Positions 20,249 through 29,728 of a stretch of DNA of 64,000 bases are shown piece by piece (position 1 is the first letter of the stretch; each line of letters starts with the position of its first letter). The translations under genes were made by a program, and so were the position numbers. Source of the stretch: Bacillota bacterium (GTDB lineage: Bacteria > Bacillota > DTU030); the NCBI GenBank assembly GCA_012518435.1, contig JAAYSG010000060.1, forward strand, positions 9,777-73,776, written 5' to 3'. The notes beneath the pieces are model-generated. The model searched no databases, was not told where the DNA came from, and worked only from the letters and a program-made list of their open reading frames with translations.

Positions 20249-21181
20249 TCACTTCACCCTTACTAAAAAGGAACGCCCATACCTATACACCGGGTGGTAG
20301 CGGCGGGCAAATTCCGCAGGGGCCACATCCACTATGCTACCCTCTATGGGACGGGAAAATATACTCCCCTCAGCAAACATATTCAGCCGCAGGTGTTTGT
20401 GGTTTCCTAGAGCCCTGGGAGAATAAATCCAGCCACCCCGTTTTAAGAGGCGGTAGAAAAGAAGGGAGCCTCGGGTTTCCGAGGGGTCTGCTGGGTAAAC
20501 AAGGGACAAGGTCAAGTAGTTTTTCCCTCCCTCCAGCCCCGGACAGGAAAAATCCTCCACAAAAGTGGGAGTAAAGCGGCCATATCCCGAAGAGCGCTCC
20601 CCCCCTATTCCCTCTTCACCCAAGAGTTTAAGAACAGGCCCTAGTTGCCGCCAAAGGTCATCGCTCTCCGTCTTTAGTAAAAAGTAAAGGCCACAATCCC
20701 AATCCCGACAAAAGTGCACTTCAGCCACCTGATAAAGGGAGGAATCCTGACTAAGCCGATCCAGGGCCACCCGGGGGCGAAGTTCCCTAGTAATTGCCTC
20801 AGCCAACCTGGACTGGGATTTTTCCAGCTCTGTTAGGGAAAAATCAGCCCCTTGAATCCAAGGGGAAAAGAGGGATTCCGGCACATAGCGGGCCCTTTTG
20901 ACCCCCTTGCCATAGATACTGCGCAGGTCGGGATCTGATAAGGAGGCCAGCGCCAGGTAGGGTTTGGGATAATAGTATTCATCCCTTATGTAGGGGAAGG
21001 CAGAGGATAGACGCAGGGGCAGGTGTCCCTCGGGGGGGCCATAGACCCGGCACCAAAGACTATAAATAGCCCCGTAAAGGGTATCGGAATGGATCATGGT
21101 GCTGACCTCTTCCATACCCAAACCCCTTTCCCCCACATGGAGGGGGGAAGTAAAGCATAACTTTATGGCTCTAACGCCCAC
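20249..21181 (-). CDS. csm4: Type III-A Csm4 (Cas5 group RAMP)
   Basis: The N-terminus FTSPLHVGERG...HSDTLYGAIY is characteristic of Csm4. The size is 310 aa. Confidence 0.85.
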   Translation of the reverse strand: MGVRAIKLCFTSPLHVGERGLGMEEVSTMIHSDTLYGAIYSLWCRVYGPPEGHLPLRLSSAFPYIRDEYYYPKPYLALASLSDPDLRSIYGKGVKRARYVPESLFSPWIQGADFSLTELEKSQSRLAEAITRELRPRVALDRLSQDSSLYQVAEVHFCRDWDCGLYFLLKTESDDLWRQLGPVLKLLGEEGIGGERSSGYGRFTPTFVEDFSCPGLEGGKNYLTLSLVYPADPSETRGSLLFYRLLKRGGWIYSPRALGNHKHLRLNMFAEGSIFSRPIEGSIVDVAPAEFARRYHPVYRYGRSFLVRVK

Positions 21182-21187
21182 AGCAGC

Positions 21188-22033
21188 TCACCTGCCCTCT
21201 CCACAGAGCTGGACCAAAACCTCGGCAAAAAATTGCCCCAAGCCCTGGTCTTGCCCCTGCACATAAGTTTCTTCCTTTTCTGCACCCCGGCCAGGTAAAT
21301 AATAAGACAGGGGCCGGTAATGCACCCGCAACCTTTGCAATTCCACCCGGCCCGAACCCCGGGAGCCACTACCGCCAAGAAAATCATCGTTGAGAAGTTG
21401 AAGGAGGGAAAATATCTCCTCCAGGTCTGAAGATATTAAAGGAGCACTTAAGGGCTCATCAAGGTTATAAAAAAAACAGAAGTTAAACCTACTGCCCCGG
21501 GGTACCCTTTCCAACTGCCGGGGGGTGGCAGCAGATGTCAAACGATCCAAGGTGTTTTCAAACTTTAATTCCGTCAGATATAAACCCGTATCGATCTTTT
21601 CCAAAAGTTCCTTACTTTCCCCCTTAAGGGCCGCATCCTCCACATAAAGGCGGGCCGGGCGACTTTGGGGAATATTCCCATCTGAACTGGCGCCAAAGAG
21701 GCGGCAAACATGGCATTCTGGCACATTACATTCGTGGTGACGCACCTTATCCACCCGTTTATTAAAAAATTCGCCAATGCTTTTCTCGCTAAATTCTTGC
21801 CCGGCAAAGGCCTTTTTTTCGGCCAAACTGCGCAGTTTTCCCTTAATACTGCTCCCGGGAATATAAGGTTCCCTGGTTAGGGGATCCCGTACTACAGGAC
21901 TATCTACCCCACCTATTTCCATTACTTCTTGGGAAGCCCCAATATGTAAACCCGTCTGGCAATATAGCTCCCCGGCTATTTTTATCTTGCCCAAGAGCTT
22001 GCCCGTTGTCAGCATAGGAGCCATTTTCCACAC
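21188..22033 (-). CDS. csm3: Type III-A Csm3 (Cas7 backbone subunit)
   Basis: LGKIKIAGELYCQTGLHIG and YIPGSSIKGKLRSL are the classic Csm3 G-rich loop. The true start is probably MLTTGK, a few codons in. Confidence 0.9.
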   Translation of the reverse strand: MWKMAPMLTTGKLLGKIKIAGELYCQTGLHIGASQEVMEIGGVDSPVVRDPLTREPYIPGSSIKGKLRSLAEKKAFAGQEFSEKSIGEFFNKRVDKVRHHECNVPECHVCRLFGASSDGNIPQSRPARLYVEDAALKGESKELLEKIDTGLYLTELKFENTLDRLTSAATPRQLERVPRGSRFNFCFFYNLDEPLSAPLISSDLEEIFSLLQLLNDDFLGGSGSRGSGRVELQRLRVHYRPLSYYLPGRGAEKEETYVQGQDQGLGQFFAEVLVQLCGEGR

Positions 22034-22036
22034 CTC

Positions 22037-22444
22037 CTAATTTCCACCGTAAAAGCGGTGATAGGCAACCACACCTTCCACAAAACGGAGGAATTTTTCA
22101 AAGTCTTCTTGTCCTTCTTCCCCCGGGCGGATCTTGTCGATGGCCAAGCCCAGTACCTCGGACAAGGGTTGCACCTGTCGGCGCTGCCTGGCCGCCGCAT
22201 AGGCCAGGTGCACCTTCAAGAGCACCGCTGCCTGTTCTGCGCTTATATCTTTGTCCCGGCGTTTAATTTGCAAGTCCACTTTGCGCACCCCGTCTAAAAA
22301 CTTCCGAATTTGCGAGGTCTTCAGTCCCGCATCCTTGACAGTTTTGGCTAAATTATCAGCCCACTGCACCAGATCTTTATTGTCCACAGCAGCCAAATAG
22401 TCCATCTTCTGCAGTTCCTTTTTAATATCTCTAACCGTCCTCAA
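22037..22444 (-). CDS. csm2: Type III-A small subunit Csm2 (Cas11)
   Basis: It is a 135-aa all-helical basic protein between cas10 and csm3. Confidence 0.75.
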   Translation of the reverse strand: MRTVRDIKKELQKMDYLAAVDNKDLVQWADNLAKTVKDAGLKTSQIRKFLDGVRKVDLQIKRRDKDISAEQAAVLLKVHLAYAAARQRRQVQPLSEVLGLAIDKIRPGEEGQEDFEKFLRFVEGVVAYHRFYGGN

Positions 22445-24867
22445 CCTTCCCCACCTCCCCTGGTAATTAAATCAATGACCCTTAGCACCGCTGGTAGATA
22501 ATAGCTTAAATTTTCCCCGTTCATGGCCGCCCCCAGCAAGGGCCGGTAGAAACTGTCCCGATAAGATCTGTTTCTTTCCTCGGAACGGGTGAAGAGGTAA
22601 TGGAGCCGGGGTATTAGCCAGGCCCTCTCCCCGTTTTCCCCACGGGCATAGGCGGCGGCCAAATGGGCCAAATTGTGGAGAAAACTTTTACTATAGGCCA
22701 AGGGCCTTATCCTTCCCTTTTCACCATAGTGTGCCCCCCGCAGGAATAAGGTGTAAAAATCCTTGAGGGTACTACACCCTCCGGTGGTAACCTCCCTCCC
22801 TCCCACCTTATCCCACTTGAAGGCCCAATGGGAAAAGGCAAAGCTATCCCGCCCATTATCCTTTGCCTTCTGCTCCCCTTGGCCGGCCATTTCCGCCAGC
22901 CGATAAAGGGGGATTTTCTCATCCGCCACCGTCAACCCACCCGATAGGGTTAAGGAGGGATTATGGCCGGTGTAGCGGCGAAAATCCCCATGGATCTGAT
23001 AGGCAGCCTCCAAAGCATCATTCCAGGCTCCCAGCAAAAATAGATCATCCCCTCCGGCATAGACCAAATTCAACCACATTTTACGGCCTTGATGGACCAA
23101 GAGGAGGGGATCCTTTATTTCCTCAGCCAAGAAGGCAGGCAAATAGTATTTAAAGTAAAGGTTAAGCCTCTCTGAAAGGTCATTTAGGCGGGCAAAGGAG
23201 AACTTATCCTCCAGCAGGCCACGACTAAAAACCGACCCTAATCGATCCACATCCAGGCGCAACACTCCTAATTTTTCCGCCCCTATACTATTTTCAACTA
23301 GGCCGTCAAATTCTTTACAAGTAAAATAACTGCCGGAGGGAAAATTTCCCGCAGCCACCGACACGGGTTTTGATAAGACCCAGGGGGTATCCAGGAGATA
23401 ATATCCAGCCATGGGCCCGGAATAGTTGCCCCGAGTGAAAAGAAAAGGTACCCCCATCAGATCCAAGAGCAAGCCATCACCCTTGTTGGTGGCTTGTCCC
23501 GATTTGGGAAGGCGGTAAAATTCCTTTACCTCCGGCAACAGCTGGCCTAAACTAAACATCTGGGCACAGAAGGGGCAGACCAACAGATCATCCTCACCGG
23601 GATAGGGAATTAGTTCTTTACCCCTTTCCTGGCAAATAGGGCAAGATTCCTCTGCTGTTTCCGGGGCAAAAATACTGGCGTAATCCTCCTCAATCTCCCG
23701 CAACCACTTTCTTTCCTTGGCAATACTGAGTTTTTGTCCCACCATATGCCAAGTTTTACCCAAGCCACCGGCCAAACCCACCGCCGCTAGCGGTTCCATC
23801 GCCAGGGAAAGGTAAAGGGTTGTACCAAAACACTGGTATAACCAGCTATTAACCTGCCGCTGGACAGCAGTTATCTTTTCCCGCGCCCTTAGAGTATTTG
23901 GGACCAGGAGGTATAAACCCCCACCACTGGCATAGATGATGCAGGCCCGGGGCAGATCCAGCTCCGTCACTAGACGGGTTACAAGGGCTTCCAGGAGTAA
24001 TTCCAAATAAAAAGAACGCCCCCGCACCGTCTTCAGAGCCCCTTTGGAAGATAAGGTATAAATAAAATCTTGTATCCCAGAGAGATCACCCCCCAGAAGG
24101 AGGTAACGCTCCTCCTCTTCATCCTCAATTTTCTCCCTCAGGTCTTCCCCGGCCCAGGAGGCACCATCCTCCTGCAAATACTTATAGGTGCACCAGGCCA
24201 AGGCAGCCGTAGTTTTTAAGTGGTGATAGAGGGAAATGTCGGGCGCTCCCCCCAGTGCGCATGAATTCCCAGGAACATAAAGGGTGTACTTTTGCAACAA
24301 AAGAAGCAGAGTATCCTCTGCCACACCCCTGGGGTCCTGGGCCAACTCTCCCCGTAACCCTTGCCACAGCCCCTTATATAAGTTAGTAAAATCCACAGTC
24401 CCCTTTCCCCCCACCCGGGGATAATTGTAGTCCACCGCCGGCCGCGGTTCCCAGACTAAATCTTCTTTCACCGGCTCCCTATGGGGCAAGGCAACCCCTT
24501 TAAAAACCGGGGACAGCAGACGGTCCGGTTCCAAATCATCCTCTCCCCCAACTCCCAATCCCTCCATCCCGGTGGCAATATTATTTGCCTGGGCCACCAG
24601 GTAAAGACTATTTTGCAAATTATAATTTTTTCCCGGCAGGGCCTCCGGCGCTAATTCCCCATATTGGGCATCATCTTCTTTTAGCAGATGGTGCCGCCTA
24701 ATAATTTCCACCACATTTTGCGACAGACCAGCCCCTTGGGCCCAGAGGGCACCTAGTTCCTGGTGCCGCAGTTTGCGCCTGTCATCATCCTTTGCTAAGG
24801 AGCGGAAAATCAGCTTTCCAATATCATGCAGCAGTGCACCGGTAACAATATCCTTGCGCAGAGCCAT
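22441..24867 (-). CDS. cas10: Cas10/Csm1 large subunit, with both the HD nuclease domain and the GGDD cyclase palm present
   Basis: There is an N-terminal HD motif (ALLHDIGK), zinc-finger cysteines (CPICQ...CPFC) and YAGGDDLFLLGAW (GGDD). The size is 808 aa. Confidence 0.92.
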   Translation of the reverse strand: MALRKDIVTGALLHDIGKLIFRSLAKDDDRRKLRHQELGALWAQGAGLSQNVVEIIRRHHLLKEDDAQYGELAPEALPGKNYNLQNSLYLVAQANNIATGMEGLGVGGEDDLEPDRLLSPVFKGVALPHREPVKEDLVWEPRPAVDYNYPRVGGKGTVDFTNLYKGLWQGLRGELAQDPRGVAEDTLLLLLQKYTLYVPGNSCALGGAPDISLYHHLKTTAALAWCTYKYLQEDGASWAGEDLREKIEDEEEERYLLLGGDLSGIQDFIYTLSSKGALKTVRGRSFYLELLLEALVTRLVTELDLPRACIIYASGGGLYLLVPNTLRAREKITAVQRQVNSWLYQCFGTTLYLSLAMEPLAAVGLAGGLGKTWHMVGQKLSIAKERKWLREIEEDYASIFAPETAEESCPICQERGKELIPYPGEDDLLVCPFCAQMFSLGQLLPEVKEFYRLPKSGQATNKGDGLLLDLMGVPFLFTRGNYSGPMAGYYLLDTPWVLSKPVSVAAGNFPSGSYFTCKEFDGLVENSIGAEKLGVLRLDVDRLGSVFSRGLLEDKFSFARLNDLSERLNLYFKYYLPAFLAEEIKDPLLLVHQGRKMWLNLVYAGGDDLFLLGAWNDALEAAYQIHGDFRRYTGHNPSLTLSGGLTVADEKIPLYRLAEMAGQGEQKAKDNGRDSFAFSHWAFKWDKVGGREVTTGGCSTLKDFYTLFLRGAHYGEKGRIRPLAYSKSFLHNLAHLAAAYARGENGERAWLIPRLHYLFTRSEERNRSYRDSFYRPLLGAAMNGENLSYYLPAVLRVIDLITRGGGEG

Positions 24868-24973
24868 TCCCCCCCTTCATGGTCTAGATAGGCTGTAATA
24901 AATAATGGTTGCAATTCCCGGAGGGAATTAGGATATTCCTTATAACCTTCTCTTTTCCCATTCCAACTTACAA

Positions 24974-25239
24974 GGTTACCAAGTTTCAATTCCCACCAGG
25001 GAATTAGGAGTGTTTTAACTAAAATAAAACAGTTCAGCCGGGATTACATTTCCACAGTTTCAATTCCCACCGGGGAATTAGGCATTGTTTGGGCGTGATG
25101 TTAGGAGTATGTGCTGTCGTCTAAGAATATTTCAATTCCCACCGGGGAATTAGAAAGTGTTTTGATTTCCTTGGAGACGGTATCAAGTGGCGGCCTGGGC
25201 ATTCTTCAATTCTCAAAGGGAATAGAGAGAGCTTACTAA
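24974..25239 (-). CRISPR. Degenerate CRISPR array A: 4 repeat copies of a variant repeat, TTTCAATTCCCACCGGGGAATTAG..., with spacers of 48, 36 and 38 bp
   Basis: Repeats lie at 24974-25009, 25058-25093, 25130-25165 and 25204-25239 (the last is strongly decayed). The AATTCCC/GGGAATT stem is the same as in array B, but the loop (ACCG) and the 3' half differ. Confidence 0.55.
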
Positions 25240-25452
25240 TAACGGGAGGATGACAATAATACAATTTGACATTTTAGGTGCAAATTCCTTCCAAAACGCC
25301 GCAAATAGTAAATAACCCCTTTGCATAACCCCAAACCCCTGAAATATAAGATTTTAGACCATGCAAGGGGCCCGATGAGGAAAATAATGGGTTTTGTCCA
25401 TCGCCACTCATTGGGACAAATTGGGCTGTGGGTAAGGCAAAACCCCCTCGTC

Positions 25453-26415
25453 ACATAATTCCCCAGGGGAATTAGAGGGTGTTTTGACATAGGCACAATG
25501 GGACTTGCTCCCATATTCGATAGTTTCAATTCCCCAGGGGAATTAAAGGGTGTTTTGACCTTTTCCAGCGCATGGAAAGCGCCGGCGCCGTGATTTTCAA
25601 TTCCCTGGGGGAATTAAAGGGTGTTTTGACGCCATATCTTTTATAATTTTGGAAATGATCGTGGTTTTCAATTCCCTGGGGGAATTAAAGGGTGTTTTGA
25701 CGGGCCTTTTGGTGTACCAACTGTGCTAGTACGGTCTTTCAATTCCCTGGGGGAATTAAAGGGTGTTTTGACCGGCGGCAATTGCTGCACACAGCAAGCC
25801 CAGCATCTTTCAATTCCCTGGGGGAATTAAAGGGTGTTTTGACGGAAGCATGAAGGAACTATCGGAAGTGATGGAACTTTCAATTCCCTGGGGGAATTAA
25901 AGGGTGTTTTGACCTTGGAGGATCTGCAAGCGTATATCCGTGGCGATCTTTCAATTCCCTGGGGGAATTAAAGGGTGTTTTGACCGGGGTTCACCGTAAG
26001 TTATTGGGTAAACTTTATCTTTCAATTCCCTGGGGGAATTAAAGGGTGTTTTGACACCCGCCCCCGGTATGTTTAATTTCCGGGGTAATCTTTCAATTCC
26101 CTGGGGGAATTAAAGGGTGTTTTGACCGCGGATCGCGGCGGTGGATTAGGTTGGAATGGAGATTTCAATTCCCTGGGGGAATTAAAGGGTGTTTTGACAC
26201 GGCTTTGTGGTGGCAGACTATGTGGTAGCCGTGATATTTCAATTCCCTGGGGGAATTAAAGGGTGTTTTGACTTATCACTATCGGAATTGGCCATGCGGA
26301 GGCAGAATTTCAATTCCCTGGGGGAATTAAAGGGTGTTTTGACTTGGCCGCCGTCCTGTATCTTTCTTCCGCCTTCTGATTTCAATTCCCTGGGGGAATT
26401 AAAGGGTGTTTTGAC
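25453..26415 (-). CRISPR. CRISPR array B: 14 repeats of 36 bp and 13 spacers of 34-38 bp. The repeat on the plus strand is TTTCAATTCCCTGGGGGAATTAAAGGGTGTTTTGAC, inferred to be transcribed as GTCAAAACACCCTTTAATTCCCCCAGGGAATTGAAA.
   Basis: Repeat starts are 25453 (degenerate, truncated), 25524 (CCCCAGGGG variant), 25595, 25666, 25737, 25808, 25878, 25949, 26020, 26091, 26163, 26237, 26308 and 26380. Degeneracy is at the low-coordinate end. Confidence 0.95.
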
Positions 26416-26790
26416 AGTGAGCTCTGTAACCCTTACTGTATAAGGCCCGAAATGCTGCTTTGCGCGAAACTACAAATTGGCTTGTAATATACTTTGACCT
26501 TCATGTCGGAAACTCCTCCTAAGCGTGTCAAACAAGGATCGCGAAGCTAGCGGGTTTTTATGTCCCGTTGACCTATGCGAATGCGGGCAGAGAGAGCCCC
26601 GCCCCTGATATGGAAGGGCCATGTCAAGACCCCATCCCGGGGAGTATTAGGGCTATTTTGCAAGTATACGCACAGGATCCAAAGTGTTGATTGGCGCGAG
26701 CCAAGGGATTAGCCCTAGTATGCTAATTACTTTGACTCATATCCCAGGAAATCCTTCAAGGTAGAAATAATAAAACCCACAATTATAAAT
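26416..26790 (-). promoter_or_regulatory. Putative CRISPR leader (AT-rich, non-coding) flanking the conserved end of array B
   Basis: It is a roughly 370-bp non-coding AT-rich segment next to the best-conserved repeats. This orientation matches the cas operon direction and a GTC...ATTGAAA repeat polarity. Confidence 0.45.
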
Positions 26791-26835
26791 GGCAGTAAGA
26801 AGGATAGTGGGCGGTGGTAGATGGGGCAACAAGAA

Positions 26836-26883
26836 AATAAAGCATGCCGTATTTAAAGAAGCAGGTACTTTTGTACCTGCTTC
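26836..26883 (-). terminator. Strong rho-independent terminator between the serine hydrolase gene and the CRISPR leader
   Basis: GAAGCAGGTAC-TTTT-GTACCTGCTTC is a perfect 11-bp stem, followed on the minus strand by TTTAAATAC..TTTATTTTCTT. Confidence 0.65.
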
Positions 26884-27059
26884 TCACCCACCATATAACA
26901 AAGGTTCCCTTCATTTTTCAATTTTAAAAAGTACTAGTAAATGGTGCGTAAATGTGCTTTGCCTTCCCAACCCATCCGGGGAAAATGACATGGGGAACAA
27001 CTTTGAGGAAGCAATCTTTACCCAATAAATAACCTAAATACAGCCATTAAAATCCCCCC

Positions 27060-28034
27060 TTAGAAACGATCAAAGGGCCAATATTCTTCTATAAGGCCAC
27101 TGAGAATTTTTTCAATGGGTTCTACATCATGCTGGTAAGCCTGGGTAATTATTATGCCCCTGTCTGCAGGTAAAATAGTCAGGGTTTGGCCATCGGTTCC
27201 GTGACCAAAGTAAAAATCTTCCTTGGCTAACCAAATGCCATACCCATAGCCATAACGGCGAAATAGCCTTTCAGGGGTATCCACATCTTTAGTGCGAAAA
27301 CGTAAGGTTAGCATTTTGTCCAGCCAGTCTTTAGGGATGATGGTTTGGCCCCTAAATACCCCTCCATTTAAGAGGAGTTCTCCTATCTGCAACAAACCCT
27401 CCGGGAATAACCATAGACGGGTCGCCCCGGCCAAGTACTTACCATACCTCTCCCACCTAAAATCCTCTAGGCCCAGGGGATTAAAAAGTTCCCGGGTGAT
27501 GAATTCCAATAAATCTTCCTGCAAAAACTCCTGCAGAGTCACCGCCAATAAATAAAAACCAGCATTGGAATACAAATAGTGTTCCCCGGGCTCATAGACT
27601 AGGGGGTAATTTACCAATAAATCCACATAAGTATGGGGATCAATATCTTTAATATCATCACGCATTAACAGCACCTTGTCATAGCCAATGGAGTGGGTTA
27701 AAAGGTGCCTGACCTGGATCTTTTGCAGGTATTCCAGGTTTTTTTCATTGGTCAAGTTGACAACATCTTTTATGAGGGGATAAACATATGTGTCATCGCT
27801 AAAGGGTGTATATTTGCCTTCCCGGGCCAAGCGATACACAATCCCTGCCGTCAGTGTCATGACGGTTTTACTAATACTACGTATATCACTCATGTCTCTT
27901 TTTGCCTTGAAGCAATGGACAAAACAATTATCCTTATCCTTTAGGAGAAAATAGTGCATATTTATTTGCCTGCCCTTACTATCCTTGGCCTGTTCAAACG
28001 TTTTTACTAGCTGGTCAAATTTTTCCTGGTTCAT
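27060..28034 (-). CDS. Beta-lactamase-fold serine hydrolase (class C / esterase-like family)
   Basis: SxxK (SISKTV), YxN (YLYSNAGF) and an H-G-T third motif (FGHGTDG) are present. The gene is markedly lower in GC than the flanking cas genes. Confidence 0.7.
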   Translation of the reverse strand: MNQEKFDQLVKTFEQAKDSKGRQINMHYFLLKDKDNCFVHCFKAKRDMSDIRSISKTVMTLTAGIVYRLAREGKYTPFSDDTYVYPLIKDVVNLTNEKNLEYLQKIQVRHLLTHSIGYDKVLLMRDDIKDIDPHTYVDLLVNYPLVYEPGEHYLYSNAGFYLLAVTLQEFLQEDLLEFITRELFNPLGLEDFRWERYGKYLAGATRLWLFPEGLLQIGELLLNGGVFRGQTIIPKDWLDKMLTLRFRTKDVDTPERLFRRYGYGYGIWLAKEDFYFGHGTDGQTLTILPADRGIIITQAYQHDVEPIEKILSGLIEEYWPFDRF

Positions 28035-28105
28035 TATCTCACCTCTCACCATCTCACCCCCACTAATCTTTAAAAATAGTGCAACAATAATGCCCTATAA
28101 TGAAT

Positions 28106-28139
28106 GGTTTCAAGTTAGTCCAAAGGCTAACTTGAAACC
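28106..28139 (-). terminator. Hairpin terminator after the FGGY kinase gene
   Basis: GGTTTCAAGTTAG-TCCAAAGG-CTAACTTGAAACC is a 13-bp perfect stem with a moderately U-rich minus-strand tail (ATTCATTAT). Confidence 0.5.
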
Positions 28140-28162
28140 ACACTTCATAAGCCATCTTTTAT

Positions 28163-29728
28163 TTAATCGACATGCTTCATGGCCACCTGGGCCAACTCAT
28201 TATAGATGTTGGCATCCTTAAGGGCTAAGAAGGTCTTTTTAAACATTTGATAAAAATCGGTGTAAATTTCATGTTTTTTCATATCGGGTTGGATAATCTC
28301 CTCAGTATGCACCATATCTTCAATGGCTTCATCAATACTGTTTAAGGCCCCTGCCCCAACTCCACCTAAAATAGCTGCCCCCAAGGCTGCACATTCCGAT
28401 ACCTGTAGTCTCTCCACCGGTCTGCCATAGATATCTGCCTGCATCTGGGTCCAAAACTCTGAACGGGCCCCGCCCCCGGAGAGACGAATAATATCAAAGG
28501 GGCGCCCCAGAGCCCCTTCCATGGCCTCAACTGCCATGCGCAACTCATATATAATACCCTCCAGTACTGATCTGGCCACATGATGCCGATCATGGATTTG
28601 TGTTACACCCAGCATGCCACCCCGGGCATTATCATGATAGTGGGGAGTTGCTTGGCCGTTAAAGGAGGGGAAGAACAAAAGACCACGGCATCCTATGGGG
28701 GCCTGGGAGGCTTCCAGGGTTATGATATCATAGGGGCTTAAATTTAAGACTGCCCCCATCTCCTTTTCGGGCTGGCCAAAGGTATCCCGCCACCATCTGA
28801 GGGCCTCTCCCGCAGCATGGGCTGTACCTTCCATATCCCATTTGTGGGGAATGGCATGGCTGCCAAAGGATACCCCGCTTCCGGCAATTTGGTCCACATT
28901 TTTGATGTCATCTATTTGGGCCACCATGACAGCAGCAGTACCCAGGGATAGCTCGGCGATCCCCTCCCTGTTTACCCCCGAACCCACTGCCGCACACTGT
29001 TGATCCCCACCACCGGGAGATAAGATAGTACCAGGAGCAAAGCCGGTGGCCTCAGCTGCCTCTAAAGAAACTTCGCCCACTGATCTCAGATCATGGAGGA
29101 TAGGGGGCAATTTTCCCCTATCTATGCCTATGGCATCTAATAATTCGGCTGACCAATCTAATGTTTCGATATTAAACATTCCATTATAGTTTAATGCCGA
29201 TGGAACGGCAAAGGTTTCTTCCGATCCTAAACGGTGTAAAACCCACTCCTGGCCATTGACAAACTTCCAGGTTTTTTCGTAAATATCAGGATGATTATCA
29301 AGCAACCACTTTAACTTCGGGTAGACCCACATGCTTGAAGGATGCAAGCCACTGGTGTTATAGTATTTATCACTACCGATCTTATCTTTTATCCATTGGG
29401 TTTCCTTGGTGGCCCGCCCATCTGACCAGACAATGGCATCAATTAGCGGTTCCCAGTTTTTATCTATGGGGACAAAGGAACCCCTCTGGCTGGAGACACC
29501 AATGGATACAATATCCCGGCTAGCACCCTTAAATTTACTAATTGCTTCTTTGGAGGCTTTACACACCCCAGCCCAAAGTTCCTGCATATCCTGATCAACC
29601 CAACCGGGGTGGGGGTGTTTAGTAGTATATTCGCTATAACCACTGCTGACAATATTACCCCGACCATCAAAGATTATAACGGCTGTACCCGTTGTACCCG
29701 CATCAATCCCGGCAAAATATTTTGCCAT
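28163..29728 (-). CDS. FGGY-family carbohydrate kinase (xylulokinase / LsrK-like)
   Basis: The N-terminus MAKYFAGIDAGTTGTAVIIFD is the FGGY phosphate-1 motif. The size is 521 aa, and the C-terminal FGGY motifs (RLSGGGARSEFWTQMQADIYG) are present. Confidence 0.85.
   Translation of the reverse strand: MAKYFAGIDAGTTGTAVIIFDGRGNIVSSGYSEYTTKHPHPGWVDQDMQELWAGVCKASKEAISKFKGASRDIVSIGVSSQRGSFVPIDKNWEPLIDAIVWSDGRATKETQWIKDKIGSDKYYNTSGLHPSSMWVYPKLKWLLDNHPDIYEKTWKFVNGQEWVLHRLGSEETFAVPSALNYNGMFNIETLDWSAELLDAIGIDRGKLPPILHDLRSVGEVSLEAAEATGFAPGTILSPGGGDQQCAAVGSGVNREGIAELSLGTAAVMVAQIDDIKNVDQIAGSGVSFGSHAIPHKWDMEGTAHAAGEALRWWRDTFGQPEKEMGAVLNLSPYDIITLEASQAPIGCRGLLFFPSFNGQATPHYHDNARGGMLGVTQIHDRHHVARSVLEGIIYELRMAVEAMEGALGRPFDIIRLSGGGARSEFWTQMQADIYGRPVERLQVSECAALGAAILGGVGAGALNSIDEAIEDMVHTEEIIQPDMKKHEIYTDFYQMFKKTFLALKDANIYNELAQVAMKHVD

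Noticed and set aside
19993-20574. 193-aa plus-strand ORF across the csm5/csm4 junction
   Set aside because: It is antisense to the RAMP genes, which have clear G-rich loop motifs, and its composition is Pro/Gly-rich.
25236-25529. 97-aa minus-strand ORF spanning the inter-array segment and the first repeats of array B, and a 78-aa plus-strand ORF at 26207-26443 inside array B
   Set aside because: Both read through CRISPR repeats, so their translations contain the repeat-derived peptide repeatedly. They are artefacts of the six-frame scan.
26789-27028. 79-aa plus-strand ORF between the leader and the serine hydrolase gene
   Set aside because: It overlaps the strong minus-strand terminator hairpin, has no RBS and has odd composition. 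It is more likely intergenic.
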